Positions 25,227-35,508 of a stretch of 64,000 nt of DNA are shown one piece after another. Origin of the DNA: Leidyana gryllorum EB-2025a (taxonomy: Eukaryota; Protista; Apicomplexa); NCBI GenBank assembly GCA_048772705.1, contig JBLWGC010000140.1, forward strand, positions 282,143-346,142, read 5' to 3'. A program made the translations under genes and the position numbers. Position 1 is the stretch's first letter; every line of letters starts with the position of its first letter. The notes beneath the pieces are model-generated. The model was not told the origin of the DNA. It searched no databases and was given only the letters and a program-made list of their open reading frames with translations.

Positions 25227-27116
25227 ATGTTGCTGTCGGCTGGGGAAGCCCCGAATATCGTAGCCACCCCTTGGGGCGAGCTTTCCTTAGCTAATGGCCC
25301 AGCCACAACTTTGTGGTTCAGTCCGTGTACCGATCATAAATGGCTGCAGCTTGAGGAGGATGGGGCCTATAAGTTGTATTTGGAGGTCAGTGGCCCATTA
25401 GAGATCGCTGATATTGCTGAGCTGACCGAGACGCTGAAGAGGAGTCCTGTGGAGCGAGGAGGGCGTCTCACCATTGTAGTCGCGGCTGATGAGTGGACTT
25501 GGACAAAGCCTTCACATTTTCACCTGGAGACTGTCATCTTCAGACGCACTACGCTGCGGAAGTATCATGGAGAGGACGAGGAGTTTTTGGGTTGTGTGGA
25601 GCATTTGAGGGTGACTGAGGTCGATCGATGTCAGCGTCAGGTGGTCAAGTTCCGATGTGCCCGCGCCGCCGGGACACCAGGGATAAAGATACTGAGTGCA
25701 TTGAGTCGACTGATACAGGTTGACCGCGAAAGTCATCTCTGTTCCTTGGAGGTTTACTGCACGAGTATCAGTCGCCAAGCGCTCACTTCTAACTTTGACC
25801 GCGACCTCACCCTGTTTGGAGAAGAAGAGACGTGGAAACTGACTTTCGATGAGAAGAAGCCAAGTCGGGAACTGGAGGTGCACTGGAGTGACTGGGCTGC
25901 ACTGACTCCGAGTCGATGGGGTAGTGAATACCTAAGACTCTTATCGCGCTGTGCGTCAGAGTCGCGCATCAGAGCAGTGCGGTTCATCGCTCCTCACTTC
26001 ACTTGGGCTACGTCACAAGATCCAATTGAAGTGATGATGCCTCTGAGTCTTATTGCCACTGGAAGCGGGAACAACTCATTCGAGGGTCACATAATACTTC
26101 GAGACAAGTTTGAATGGGTGGCTGCCAAAGGGTCTATTGATGTGATGGGCTCCCTCGAAGGTTCCGATATCAGCTTGTGTACAGCAAACGACAGTGTTTC
26201 CAACTGTTTGCCGGCCAACCCATTGATCATTGAAACCCCAAGTAATCGGCCTGGATGGACGATTGAACCACACCGCATTAAGAACCACATCGATGGAGTC
26301 AGGAGTACAGTTGGGACCGGACAAGTGTCTTTAACAACGACGCGGGACGACTCTGTAGTCGACGAGATTGACGGTCTAGCATCCCTGGTGGCTTTCGAAG
26401 ACAGTGTGCAAGAAATGTTGAATGAATGTGTCTCCAAAAGGTGGGTGAAGAACGGCCCTACAAATTACGAACTGCGTCTTGAACACCCTGGCGGTGTTCA
26501 ACTGGAAGATATTGCGACTCTAACCCGTAACCTGCGCGACGCATTGCCGGATGAGGAAAGCGCCAGCGTTTTCATCACCACTCCAAGCTGCCACCGGTCC
26601 AGCAATCTTCGCTTCCACTTGCCAGTACGGGGATTGCACCGGGAGACTTTGAAGTGCCGCGGACGGGCTGGTCGAGAACCCTTGGGCCCCACCACCGCTC
26701 AGGGAGCTGAGACGGTTTCCTTCGCTGCCAATATTGAGACGGAGTTGTTGCGAAATGAATTGGAGATTGCCCGGGAATCGGTCGCGGACGTTTCGAGAGA
26801 CCTGTCCCAGATGACAGAGTCGTTAGCACAATCGAGACTGAAAGCTTCCGAAACGGCGGTGAAAGAGCTGAACCGCGTCGACGAGGTGAGTTTCAAATAC
26901 GATGATGAAATATCTTTGGTGTATCAGCTTCGATCATTGGTGACACAATATGGGGATTGGATAGCTAATAGTGAGACGAGATACGCGGAGATGCAGAAAG
27001 CTATGACGCAAGCGATGGAAGCTCATCAAGCCCAAATCAATACTCTCCTCGACTGTGTGCACACGGCTGCCTCCAACACACCCACTGATTGGGAAAAGTA
27101 TCGCACTTACTGCTGA
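25227..27116 (+). CDS. Array family copy A (divergent, opposite strand), 629 aa with short coiled coil
   Basis: IADIAELT..ADEWTWTKPSHFHL, LIQVDRESHLCSL, LEDIATLTRNLRDALP and NIETELLRN align with the other copies; intronless. Confidence 0.8.
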   Translation: MLLSAGEAPNIVATPWGELSLANGPATTLWFSPCTDHKWLQLEEDGAYKLYLEVSGPLEIADIAELTETLKRSPVERGGRLTIVVAADEWTWTKPSHFHLETVIFRRTTLRKYHGEDEEFLGCVEHLRVTEVDRCQRQVVKFRCARAAGTPGIKILSALSRLIQVDRESHLCSLEVYCTSISRQALTSNFDRDLTLFGEEETWKLTFDEKKPSRELEVHWSDWAALTPSRWGSEYLRLLSRCASESRIRAVRFIAPHFTWATSQDPIEVMMPLSLIATGSGNNSFEGHIILRDKFEWVAAKGSIDVMGSLEGSDISLCTANDSVSNCLPANPLIIETPSNRPGWTIEPHRIKNHIDGVRSTVGTGQVSLTTTRDDSVVDEIDGLASLVAFEDSVQEMLNECVSKRWVKNGPTNYELRLEHPGGVQLEDIATLTRNLRDALPDEESASVFITTPSCHRSSNLRFHLPVRGLHRETLKCRGRAGREPLGPTTAQGAETVSFAANIETELLRNELEIARESVADVSRDLSQMTESLAQSRLKASETAVKELNRVDEVSFKYDDEISLVYQLRSLVTQYGDWIANSETRYAEMQKAMTQAMEAHQAQINTLLDCVHTAASNTPTDWEKYRTYC

Positions 27117-27529
27117 TGCTCAAGTAAGAGTGCTGGGAGTATTGTCGGGCGAGCGGGAGAAGCGTAAGTACACAAATGGGATTCGAGTAGAGTACAAAGC
27201 TTCATGTTGAACATAGTGACGCTCAACAAATCCACTATATGGCCCTCAAGACCAAATTCGAGCCGGCGGGCCACTGGTCCTCTCCACCAATAACATGTGT
27301 CACTCGCCATCGGGACGCACATATTGTCACATCCTCCCGCAGCGATGGCTGCGGTGACATATGCCGCACCTCTGTTGTAAAGAGTTCCCGGAAGGGGCAT
27401 ATGTAAGCGACTGAAAGGAGGGATCCAAGGTATCTGGCATTGCATCTCGCGTCATCAAAGATGAATCGTCGACCTGAGATTCAGAGTGTCAGTGCTCTGC
27501 GCAGCATTCGTCTGCTACTTCCCCTGTCG

Positions 27530-29548
27530 TTAAGACTGTGGGCTCGGCTTTGGTGTGTTCTCAATGTCTGATGTCTCCCCACAGGTGCGATCATGCGTCT
27601 CCGTTTGGTCCAGCTGTACACCCACAACGCGTATGGGGAGATCGGTGTAATCCAACAAGTGCGCGTTTGGCCCAAAAAGGTAGAACAATGCGTTTGTACC
27701 TTCGGGGAGGTGTGACTGTGTGCTCTCGACCAATTCTGCAACGCCTTTTGGATCGATCATCCCAACATGGAATAGTTCCAGGAAATACTTTGTGGGAGAC
27801 AGTGTCAACCATCGATATTGAGAACAATTCTGGAGCAATTTTATGGCGTTGGGTCCTGGATCAAATCGGGTGGGGCAGTGATCGAGTTTCAGGGATGGCA
27901 CTTCGAACACTTTATTCACAATGCGACGGGCAGCCACTTTGATTCCTTTGTCGGCCGAGCTGAATGGTACGAAGACGTTTGAGAGACAGTAATTTGTGAG
28001 TTTGCCTAATGGGCACCACAAAGTGATGTCGTCACCTCTCAGATGTGACAGGATGTGGATGGATCCATTGTCGGCCCAAAGGGTGAAGGGCTTCAGGAAC
28101 GTGAGGCTGCGACGAATAGTCACCCGCGACTTACCCCGTGCACGAAGGGAAAAGGGAACTGTGATCACAAGTGGAGAGGTGTTGGGCTTTGTATCCATCC
28201 AGACAACGTTGAGGGTAAAGTATCTCACAAGCTGAATTTTGTTGGCCCACTGATGGGAGCAGAGTTTGGTGAGCAGGTCTCCGCCCCATTCGCATGGGTG
28301 GAGTTTGGCTGTGTGATTGCTGTCTAGAAGCGTCAAGCATCTTTTGTTATCTTTGGTTGTTGTTAGAGTTATCAGTGTTTTGTAACGTGGACGGCTTATT
28401 GCAAGATTGTTCGCAAAGTGAGTGTCCAGAAATCCCCGGATGTGGTAGTCCCACTCGACAATGAACTCACATTTGTTATGTGATTCTTCCCCTTCAAACC
28501 AGTGCGTGATCGCTCGCAGATCCGCCAAGCTCGGCTGCTCGTACTGGATAGCATCAGGAGAGGGAATGAAAAGCACAGTCTGACGGCTACCGCCTTTTGG
28601 GGCAGAGATGATCAAACGGTCCACGTTGCTCATGAAGTCATCACGAGACTCCATGCCAATGACTCTCCCAATACGCGCTCTGCTGATCAATGTGTGCAAA
28701 TGAAACTCTGCGGGGCCATTGAGTTCCCAACCCCAGCATTTAACGACAAGGCGAACCTCGAGAGCCACTTTCTTCGCATCCAATTGAGAGCGGATTTGTT
28801 GGGTCAGCTGCGCCACGTCTCCTAACGCCATCAGGCCTTGAACGAGTAGTCGAAGTTCGTACCAATCTTTCTCAGCCCTGTAGATCACTTGGCGAGCCGC
28901 ACAGTACCTCAGAAAGTTAGCACAATAGGCGCACACCCGCAGGGTTATGTCTTCCGTCAGTACGATGGATGCACTGATGATCGCTTCGTCGGTGCGCAGT
29001 CTCACCATCGGTATTCTGGGTCCATCGGTATCATCACCCTGCTGATCCACGTCGGAAGAGACCTCAATCATTCCGTCAGCCTCGGTCGAGGTGAGAAAGC
29101 CCTCCGCAGTCGCGTAGCTGCACGACTGGGCTGAAGTTTCGGCTGGCCTCACACCCTTTCCTACCGATTTTCTTCTGCGCGACCCGGATGCCTCGTCGGC
29201 AGCAGAATGCCGTATAGCCACCACCCGTCCACTCAGATCATAGAATATGTGAATCAGCGGTCCTCGGTGGTCCTCCATCCTGGTGGCCTTTCCTTCCTCG
29301 GCTCGCTCGCGAACGACGGCTTGTCCTTCCCTAAATCGTGTCAAACATAGACTTCTCCACCGCGAGATGTTCAGCATAGTGCGCGAAGAGTGATAACAAG
29401 AAGTTCCTTTGCCTCCACCTACAACAAATGCCACCAATGATATAGTGCGTCTGAATGACATTTCTGGAGAAAAGCTGTTGGCCTTCCCAGCGATGACCCT
29501 CGGCGTTTCGCACACAACATACCTCGACATCACGAGGCGGTATTTCAT
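27530..29548 (-). CDS. Array family copy B (divergent; N-terminal extension, no coiled-coil stalk; start uncertain)
   Basis: FLRYC..YELRL..VAQLT..WELNGPAEFHL, GKLTNYCLSNV, VAARRIVNKVF, FDPGPNAIKLLQNC. Confidence 0.75.
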   Translation of the reverse strand: MKYRLVMSRYVVCETPRVIAGKANSFSPEMSFRRTISLVAFVVGGGKGTSCYHSSRTMLNISRWRSLCLTRFREGQAVVRERAEEGKATRMEDHRGPLIHIFYDLSGRVVAIRHSAADEASGSRRRKSVGKGVRPAETSAQSCSYATAEGFLTSTEADGMIEVSSDVDQQGDDTDGPRIPMVRLRTDEAIISASIVLTEDITLRVCAYCANFLRYCAARQVIYRAEKDWYELRLLVQGLMALGDVAQLTQQIRSQLDAKKVALEVRLVVKCWGWELNGPAEFHLHTLISRARIGRVIGMESRDDFMSNVDRLIISAPKGGSRQTVLFIPSPDAIQYEQPSLADLRAITHWFEGEESHNKCEFIVEWDYHIRGFLDTHFANNLAISRPRYKTLITLTTTKDNKRCLTLLDSNHTAKLHPCEWGGDLLTKLCSHQWANKIQLVRYFTLNVVWMDTKPNTSPLVITVPFSLRARGKSRVTIRRSLTFLKPFTLWADNGSIHILSHLRGDDITLWCPLGKLTNYCLSNVFVPFSSADKGIKVAARRIVNKVFEVPSLKLDHCPTRFDPGPNAIKLLQNCSQYRWLTLSPTKYFLELFHVGMIDPKGVAELVESTQSHLPEGTNALFYLFGPNAHLLDYTDLPIRVVGVQLDQTETHDRTCGETSDIENTPKPSPQS

Positions 29549-29609
29549 TCATGGGGACAGCAGAAGCTCGTCAACTATACTGATGAAGTGTTCGTCCTCA
29601 AAACTCGTC

Positions 29610-32600
29610 GTCTACCGAGTTGTCGCCCTCTGATCAATTGAGCGATCTCCTCAATCAGCTGTCTGCATCCGTTGTCGAGCTCCCATATTCTTGAGCGATC
29701 AGCTGTCTGCATCAGTTATCGCCCTTCCCCATTCATTCGCACTGAGTTGTCGCAGGGCGATTAATTGAGTGTTCGGACGGCTCGAATAGCCGCCTGGGGT
29801 GTCAACACTTGAGTGTGAGCTAGACGTTCTGGCCAAGTCGTCGCCTGTGGACAGCATTGCTCATTTCGAGGGGTATTGCGCTGCCGCATTCACCAATTAT
29901 AGGCCTATTGCCGCAATCCGGGTGGCCAACTGGGCCAAGGCTCTCGTCTAATTCGGCTTCAATGTGTCATTGTGAGTATCAGTCTCTGTTTGCGCCCCCC
30001 TTCGTGCACTAAACAACTCAATCCGGGCTTTTAATCGGCAATCTCATCCGCCCGAGTCGCCAGTTGTCGCTCCAACGCGTCCATCCAGCCGGTACTCCCA
30101 GCAGCAATCCTCCCTGGCGTAGACACCCACACCAGGTGGAGCGTCCACCAGCTTCCTCACTTCAACGAGGAGATCGCTCTCGGTAACCATGAAGTCTTCG
30201 AAATTTGTGGTTAGGTGGGCCACGCTGTGGTTCTGAGTCGCGACTCGCCCTCGCGATCGTCACGTGGAATCAATCCAAGAAGGTTCACTGGGGGTCGCCG
30301 TGGCGCTTCGATAGGGTTGAGGTACGATGTCAGGTGCTGTGGACCCTTGTCGCCTCAACTGCACGATAGGATCAGTCACAGCCATTTCATTTGCGGTCAA
30401 AGTGGCGATCTGCCTCAATTTGGCGGCGTCTGTTCTTCGCAGTCCGAGACCATTCTCGCGTAACTCTGCGATCTGCGTTTCGTATTCGCGCTCACAAATC
30501 TCTGCACCGTTCTCCAATATCTCAACCTCAGCATTGTTGACTTGTGAGTGGAGGCGACTGGGAAAGCGGTCGTCGTTAGACGGATACGGGCTCGACGTAC
30601 ACTGCTCGCCCGTCACTTTCAGAGCGGAGGTCAGCGGGTCCTGCCTTGTGTACGCCGCAATGTGAACGGTGGCGATTATCCTTCCGTCTGTCGGCAACTC
30701 GACGTGGATCTTTCGGCTTAGTTCGGCCGGATCCTCCAAGCTCACATGGACGTTTCTCCGGATGTTCGAGACATACAAATTTGTCGGCGGCCCCTTGAAA
30801 CCATTCGAGTGGTTCCAATTGTTCCAGGAATCTGGTCACCCGATCCCCGGGATCGATCCATTTGAACTCTTCGGCATCGGTATTCAAGATTGGGAGCACT
30901 TTGTTGTCATTTGGGCAGAAGTGACAATCACTCCGCGGCTTCTGAAGCCTCTGAGACGATTCTGATATGGGATGGAACCACACATCTCCCATCTAACCCG
31001 CCGTCACAGTCACTGATGCGGCTTCAGACTGACAGAGAGATCTCCCTTCGCAAAACAACGGACAATCAACGACATCCCACGTCTGGTAGCACAAAGGCTC
31101 CGCGCTGAATCGATTCTCAAAGATGAGTGTTCAGGCGCCAATGTTTTCATCAATGCAAAAGGGCAGCACTGAAAGACTTTGGGTTATAGCGTTGAGAGCT
31201 CCTTAGGATGCTGCGCATGACGCGGCGTGCCCCGCGTGTGACAAAGTCTACCTCGTCCTGAGTAGGTGTCCTATAGTTGTGCCTGCCCTCGAGTCTAGTT
31301 GGGAGTTCCGGGTTGGGAGGGGTGCGCTATGTTTGACTCGCCATAAGTCCTCGTGAGTTCGCCCGATTGGTGATAACGGGCCAACCTCGAGGCTCACTGA
31401 TCGCCAGTGTCAGAGTTCCGTCCTTGCGCATCCCCTGCCGTTCGCTGACGAACGCCACGGTTCTTAGGACAAATGCACGGGCGCCCCTGCCAGGAACGCG
31501 AAGTGTTGAGCGCAAGATCTACCGTTCCAAAAAAAGAACTTTCTCAAGCTCCGAAATGCGAGAGTGATTCGTCAAACCCCTGTGTGACACGGAGTGTTAG
31601 GGTACTATAGCCCTAGATTAGTGAACCCCCTTTTGCATCTTTTATTTGTTTATATTTTATGTGTGGTGATCTATATGACATATTGGGGCCGGCTGACACG
31701 AAGACACGGGCATCCAAACACGCCTGTGCTCGCCACAAACTGAACTGGTTGGACTAATCAAACTACGTGATGGCGAAGGACGGATTAAGGAGCAAGGCGG
31801 CAAGCAACCAAGAGGAAGATCAAAACCCTACGGTCGACCTTACGGCAGTTCCGAACGCTGATCGGCCTACAGAACCGATCACGAATTAGAGAGCTATTGA
31901 GAGTTTTGGGTTCACTGCTCAGAAGAAGAGATCTTCCAACGGTCCTGTTGACTGGACTCACCTGACTTGTTTTCGGTGCTGAGGGCCGCCGTCCTAGCGA
32001 TCGCGCGATTCCTTCCACTCATTCAGCCTCATTTGACATCAGGTCACTTCCTTCTTTGATAAGTGACAGAGTTGCGACTTGGGGAGGCGAATTCTCTTTA
32101 TTTGACCGTCACGGCCTGGCGGGCACGGAGAATAAAGCCCGTAATGAGACGCGCATGTGTCTTCGCCACGGATAGTACCGACCGACGGATAACGAGAAAT
32201 CCAGAATGGCTGAAACAGACTGACAAGCAAATCAAAGTCTCTCGCGGCAAGTCCTCGACGCTTCCATCGAGCGGAGGACAAGCTGGAAGATCACTAAGCA
32301 GTACAGTGGGCCCCAAATCACACACGTGTCTGTGTGCTGCCTGGCCCTTGACCGACATCCTACCTAACTATAACGCGGGTGGTTATCCGCGCTCAATATG
32401 CAATTTGAAGGCTCTATACTAACATATCAGTCCGCCACACACACGTGCTCTGCGCTCATAAGTCTGACATATTGATCGAGTGAATTCTGATCAAAACTAA
32501 GAGTCGAGGATAGCCTTCACCGAACACCAAACGGACGAAGATGCACTCCTCCAGTCTGGTGCTTATCTCGACAATGATCTGCATCGTCTGCCGCCCCTCG

Positions 32601-33170
32601 GTGCCATGAATTGTCAGTGGCATTTGTTTCCCTCTGAATGATGAGTTCACCAAATTGTCTGAGATCCGGGTGTTTGTGAGTGTTCGCATCGGCAGAACAT
32701 TGAAAGCTCATAGTTTGACCGCCGTCGAAATCGGGCGCAGTGAGTGTTATTCTGACGATACAGTCGAGAAAGTTTGCGCGACTTCGGTCCGGGGCTCTTT
32801 CGGCGGGCACCGCTCAACGGTCAGCGGGATTCTCGAATGTCCAGTCGACGGCTTTGACAGCGACAGAGCATTCGCGATTGATCAAAGTGGACTTCAAGCG
32901 TAAGTCTTTCGTGAGTTCGGTCAATTCGTGGAAGTCGAGTGGTCTTTCAGATCCGCAATTCCACCGCTGCAGTTGCCTGATAAAGGTACCATTGGGCTGA
33001 ATGGCAGCCATTGAGTCAAGCAGTTGTGGCGGGTGAAAATCTGATGGGCGACTCTGATAGATCTGTGGATTCGCTGAGTTTGCAGTGGTGTGTTCAGAAC
33101 CACTGCCCAATGCCGACAAAGGATCGTCCCCACCCTTTCATTGGTCCGGTCAGATTGATGACAGAGGACC
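29610..33170 (-). pseudogene. Array family copy C: frameshifted, split by a ~1.2-kb insertion, start segment inverted
   Basis: Fragments LDFHELTELTKDL, FLDCIVRITLTAPD, IDPGDRVTRFLEQ, LEDPAELSRKIH and NAEVEILEN lie in different frames. Confidence 0.8.
31218..32450. mobile_element. ~1.2-kb non-family insertion in copy C containing an LTR-like TGTTAG...CTAACA segment (31595-32424)
   Basis: Family homology stops at ~31200 and resumes at ~32456. 6-bp terminal inverted repeat on the inner segment, but no matching target-site duplication. Confidence 0.4.
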
Positions 33171-33427
33171 CAAAAGCAGAATGTCGTTTGGGCATTCTGA
33201 GTACAATTAAAGACGGAGAATCACAACAATTTCCAACTGCGGACGGACATCACGGACTCAAGTAGTTCGATTTTGCACCGCCCGCTCATTCGCCGTTTTG
33301 TCTCACTGCTCAAAACCTGCTCTCGTTCCTCACAAACTCATTATTGCCTCATACTGACTGATTCGAGATTCCACCCGCTCTATTCCATCGCCTCAATCAA
33401 CACGTCACTTCTGAGCGGTCAGGCGTA

Positions 33428-35232
33428 TTACCGCCTCCCGAAATAGCTCGTTGAGTCACCGGCATTCGCTGAGGACAATGTAGAACGCGGGACTCGCCGA
33501 ACTCCTTGGATAGTGTTGGTCCAGTTGTTGAGTGCTGTCCCCTGACCACTCAGTCGGGCCGTAGTATCCTCCAGCGTTGCCACCCTTTGACTCAACGCTA
33601 AGTTCGCCTCACTGAGCGCCTCGATCCAATCCCTTTGAAGGCCATTGGAGTCTTGCAGCAGGAGACACCGTTCGCGCACCCTCTCCATCTTCGCCTCACA
33701 TTCCCGTTGTAGCAGTTCAAGAGCGTTCTTCAGAAGTTCGATTTCGACGTCACCGACAGCTCTGCCGCGGGGTGTCGCTGTCGCTGTCGAATCACTCGTC
33801 GCCGCCGTCGTCCTCGTCAAGCCGCAACTGGGGATAGCGTAGGGAGGCGGCCACTGCTTTCCGGTGACTGGAAGAGCGAAGCTCACAGTGCCCTTTCGCT
33901 CGCAGTCGGGCGCCTGAAGGTGAAGAGAGACGTTGACGTTCGCCTCTTTCGGTACCGCTTCGTGAATCCTTCGCGTCAATTCTGCCAAATCTTCGAACAT
34001 CGCTTTCCCTTTGTGTCGGAGATTTAAGACGTAATGATTGTCGGTGGCACCTTTGGACCAATTGAAAGATTCACATTGGCGCAGGAAGTGGATCCCGCGA
34101 TCTCCGGGATCGATCAGTCGGGGCTCTTCAGTACCCATTCGCATCATCGGGAACACTCTATTGCGAATTCGTCCGGCAGTGACGGTGATTCCGCACTTTC
34201 CTGAGGCTTCCGAGACGATCACATTCTCGAGACAGTAATTAGTAAAAGTTCCGCTGCCGCACTGAAACGTCATGTCGCCCGTCAAAGGCGCCTTCAGTTC
34301 CACCGATCCCGTCTCTGAACGGAAGAAGAACCGCCCTGCGCATTGCAGTGGACAGTCAAAGGTCGACAGTTCAGCTTCTGTCGAATGCAGCGTTATGTCA
34401 CAATCGATCTTCAAAGGGGACTCCTCGATGGCCGCTGGTTTCTCCCATTCGAACGAAGGGGCTTCCAATGTCATTAGGTGAATTCCGTTGACAGCTTTGG
34501 ATTTCATAATTTCTCTGATGTTTGCCGGATTGAATGCACTCTGTGAAATTAACATCGGTCCTCGACATTCCCAAATGTAATGTCGTTCATTGGGCCGTTC
34601 TCCAAGCGACAAAGTCACCGTATCCAATCCACGATTGAGGATCATTTCGCGGTCGAATCGACTCTCAAATGGATAGTAGACGTCTGTGCGCTGGCCTAAG
34701 TGGAGGGCCAATGTGCAAAGGTTCGAGTCTCTCTCCACTTGAATCAATTTACTCAGCTCACTGAAGTGTCTGATATCCGGTTGGCAGTAGGCGTTTGCGT
34801 CGGCAGAACAGTAAAAGCTCATTGTTTGGCGTCGATTGTCGTCGGGCGCAGTGAGTGTAATGTCGTCGATAGAATCGAGAAAAGTCGCGCGCCTTCGACC
34901 GCGGGGCTTCTTGGATTCACATCGCTCGATCGTCAGTGGGAGCCAAAAGTGTGAGGGTTTGTCAAATGTCCATTCGCGCGCTTCAATACCAACAGAGCAT
35001 TGGACGTTGAGATCACTCATTTTCAACCGTAAATCCTTCGTGACATCGCGAGTGCCCTCCCATTGCTTTCGATCAGTAGTCTGACAACCCCGCTCTCCTC
35101 ACACCGGAACCAGTCGGCGGTCGAGTCGCAGTCATTGAGGAACGCTCTGGTGGCTGATGACAATAGTACGGGCGCCTCTTCAATCAATCTGACAGGTCCA
35201 ATGAAAGGGTGGGGAGGGTCTTCAATCGACAT
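33428..35232 (-). pseudogene. Array family copy D: frameshifting deletion near 35050, otherwise open
   Basis: MSIEDPPHPFIGPVRL..FLNDCDS start is out of frame with the 532-aa ORF; the conserved DFHxLA codons are missing at the junction. Confidence 0.75.
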
Positions 35233-35508
35233 TGGCGCACCCGACTCGAACAGAGAGCACTTTAGTGTCACCGAATCGGGGAATGCGAAACGGAGAGTGT
35301 TTAAGCGCCAAATGTGACACTTCCACCACACATTTTAAAGTTCGGTGCCGGTTTCTTTCTTCGACCACTGACGAAATATGGGATTCAACTCGGTTCATCT
35401 GAGAAGCAACTGGCCGCATACTGTCTCTTTGTCTGATGCTGGGTGGCTGTGCTCCTCTCGGAGAATACTTTCTACAGAGTTCCGACTCATACTTTATTTC
35501 CTCGCTCG

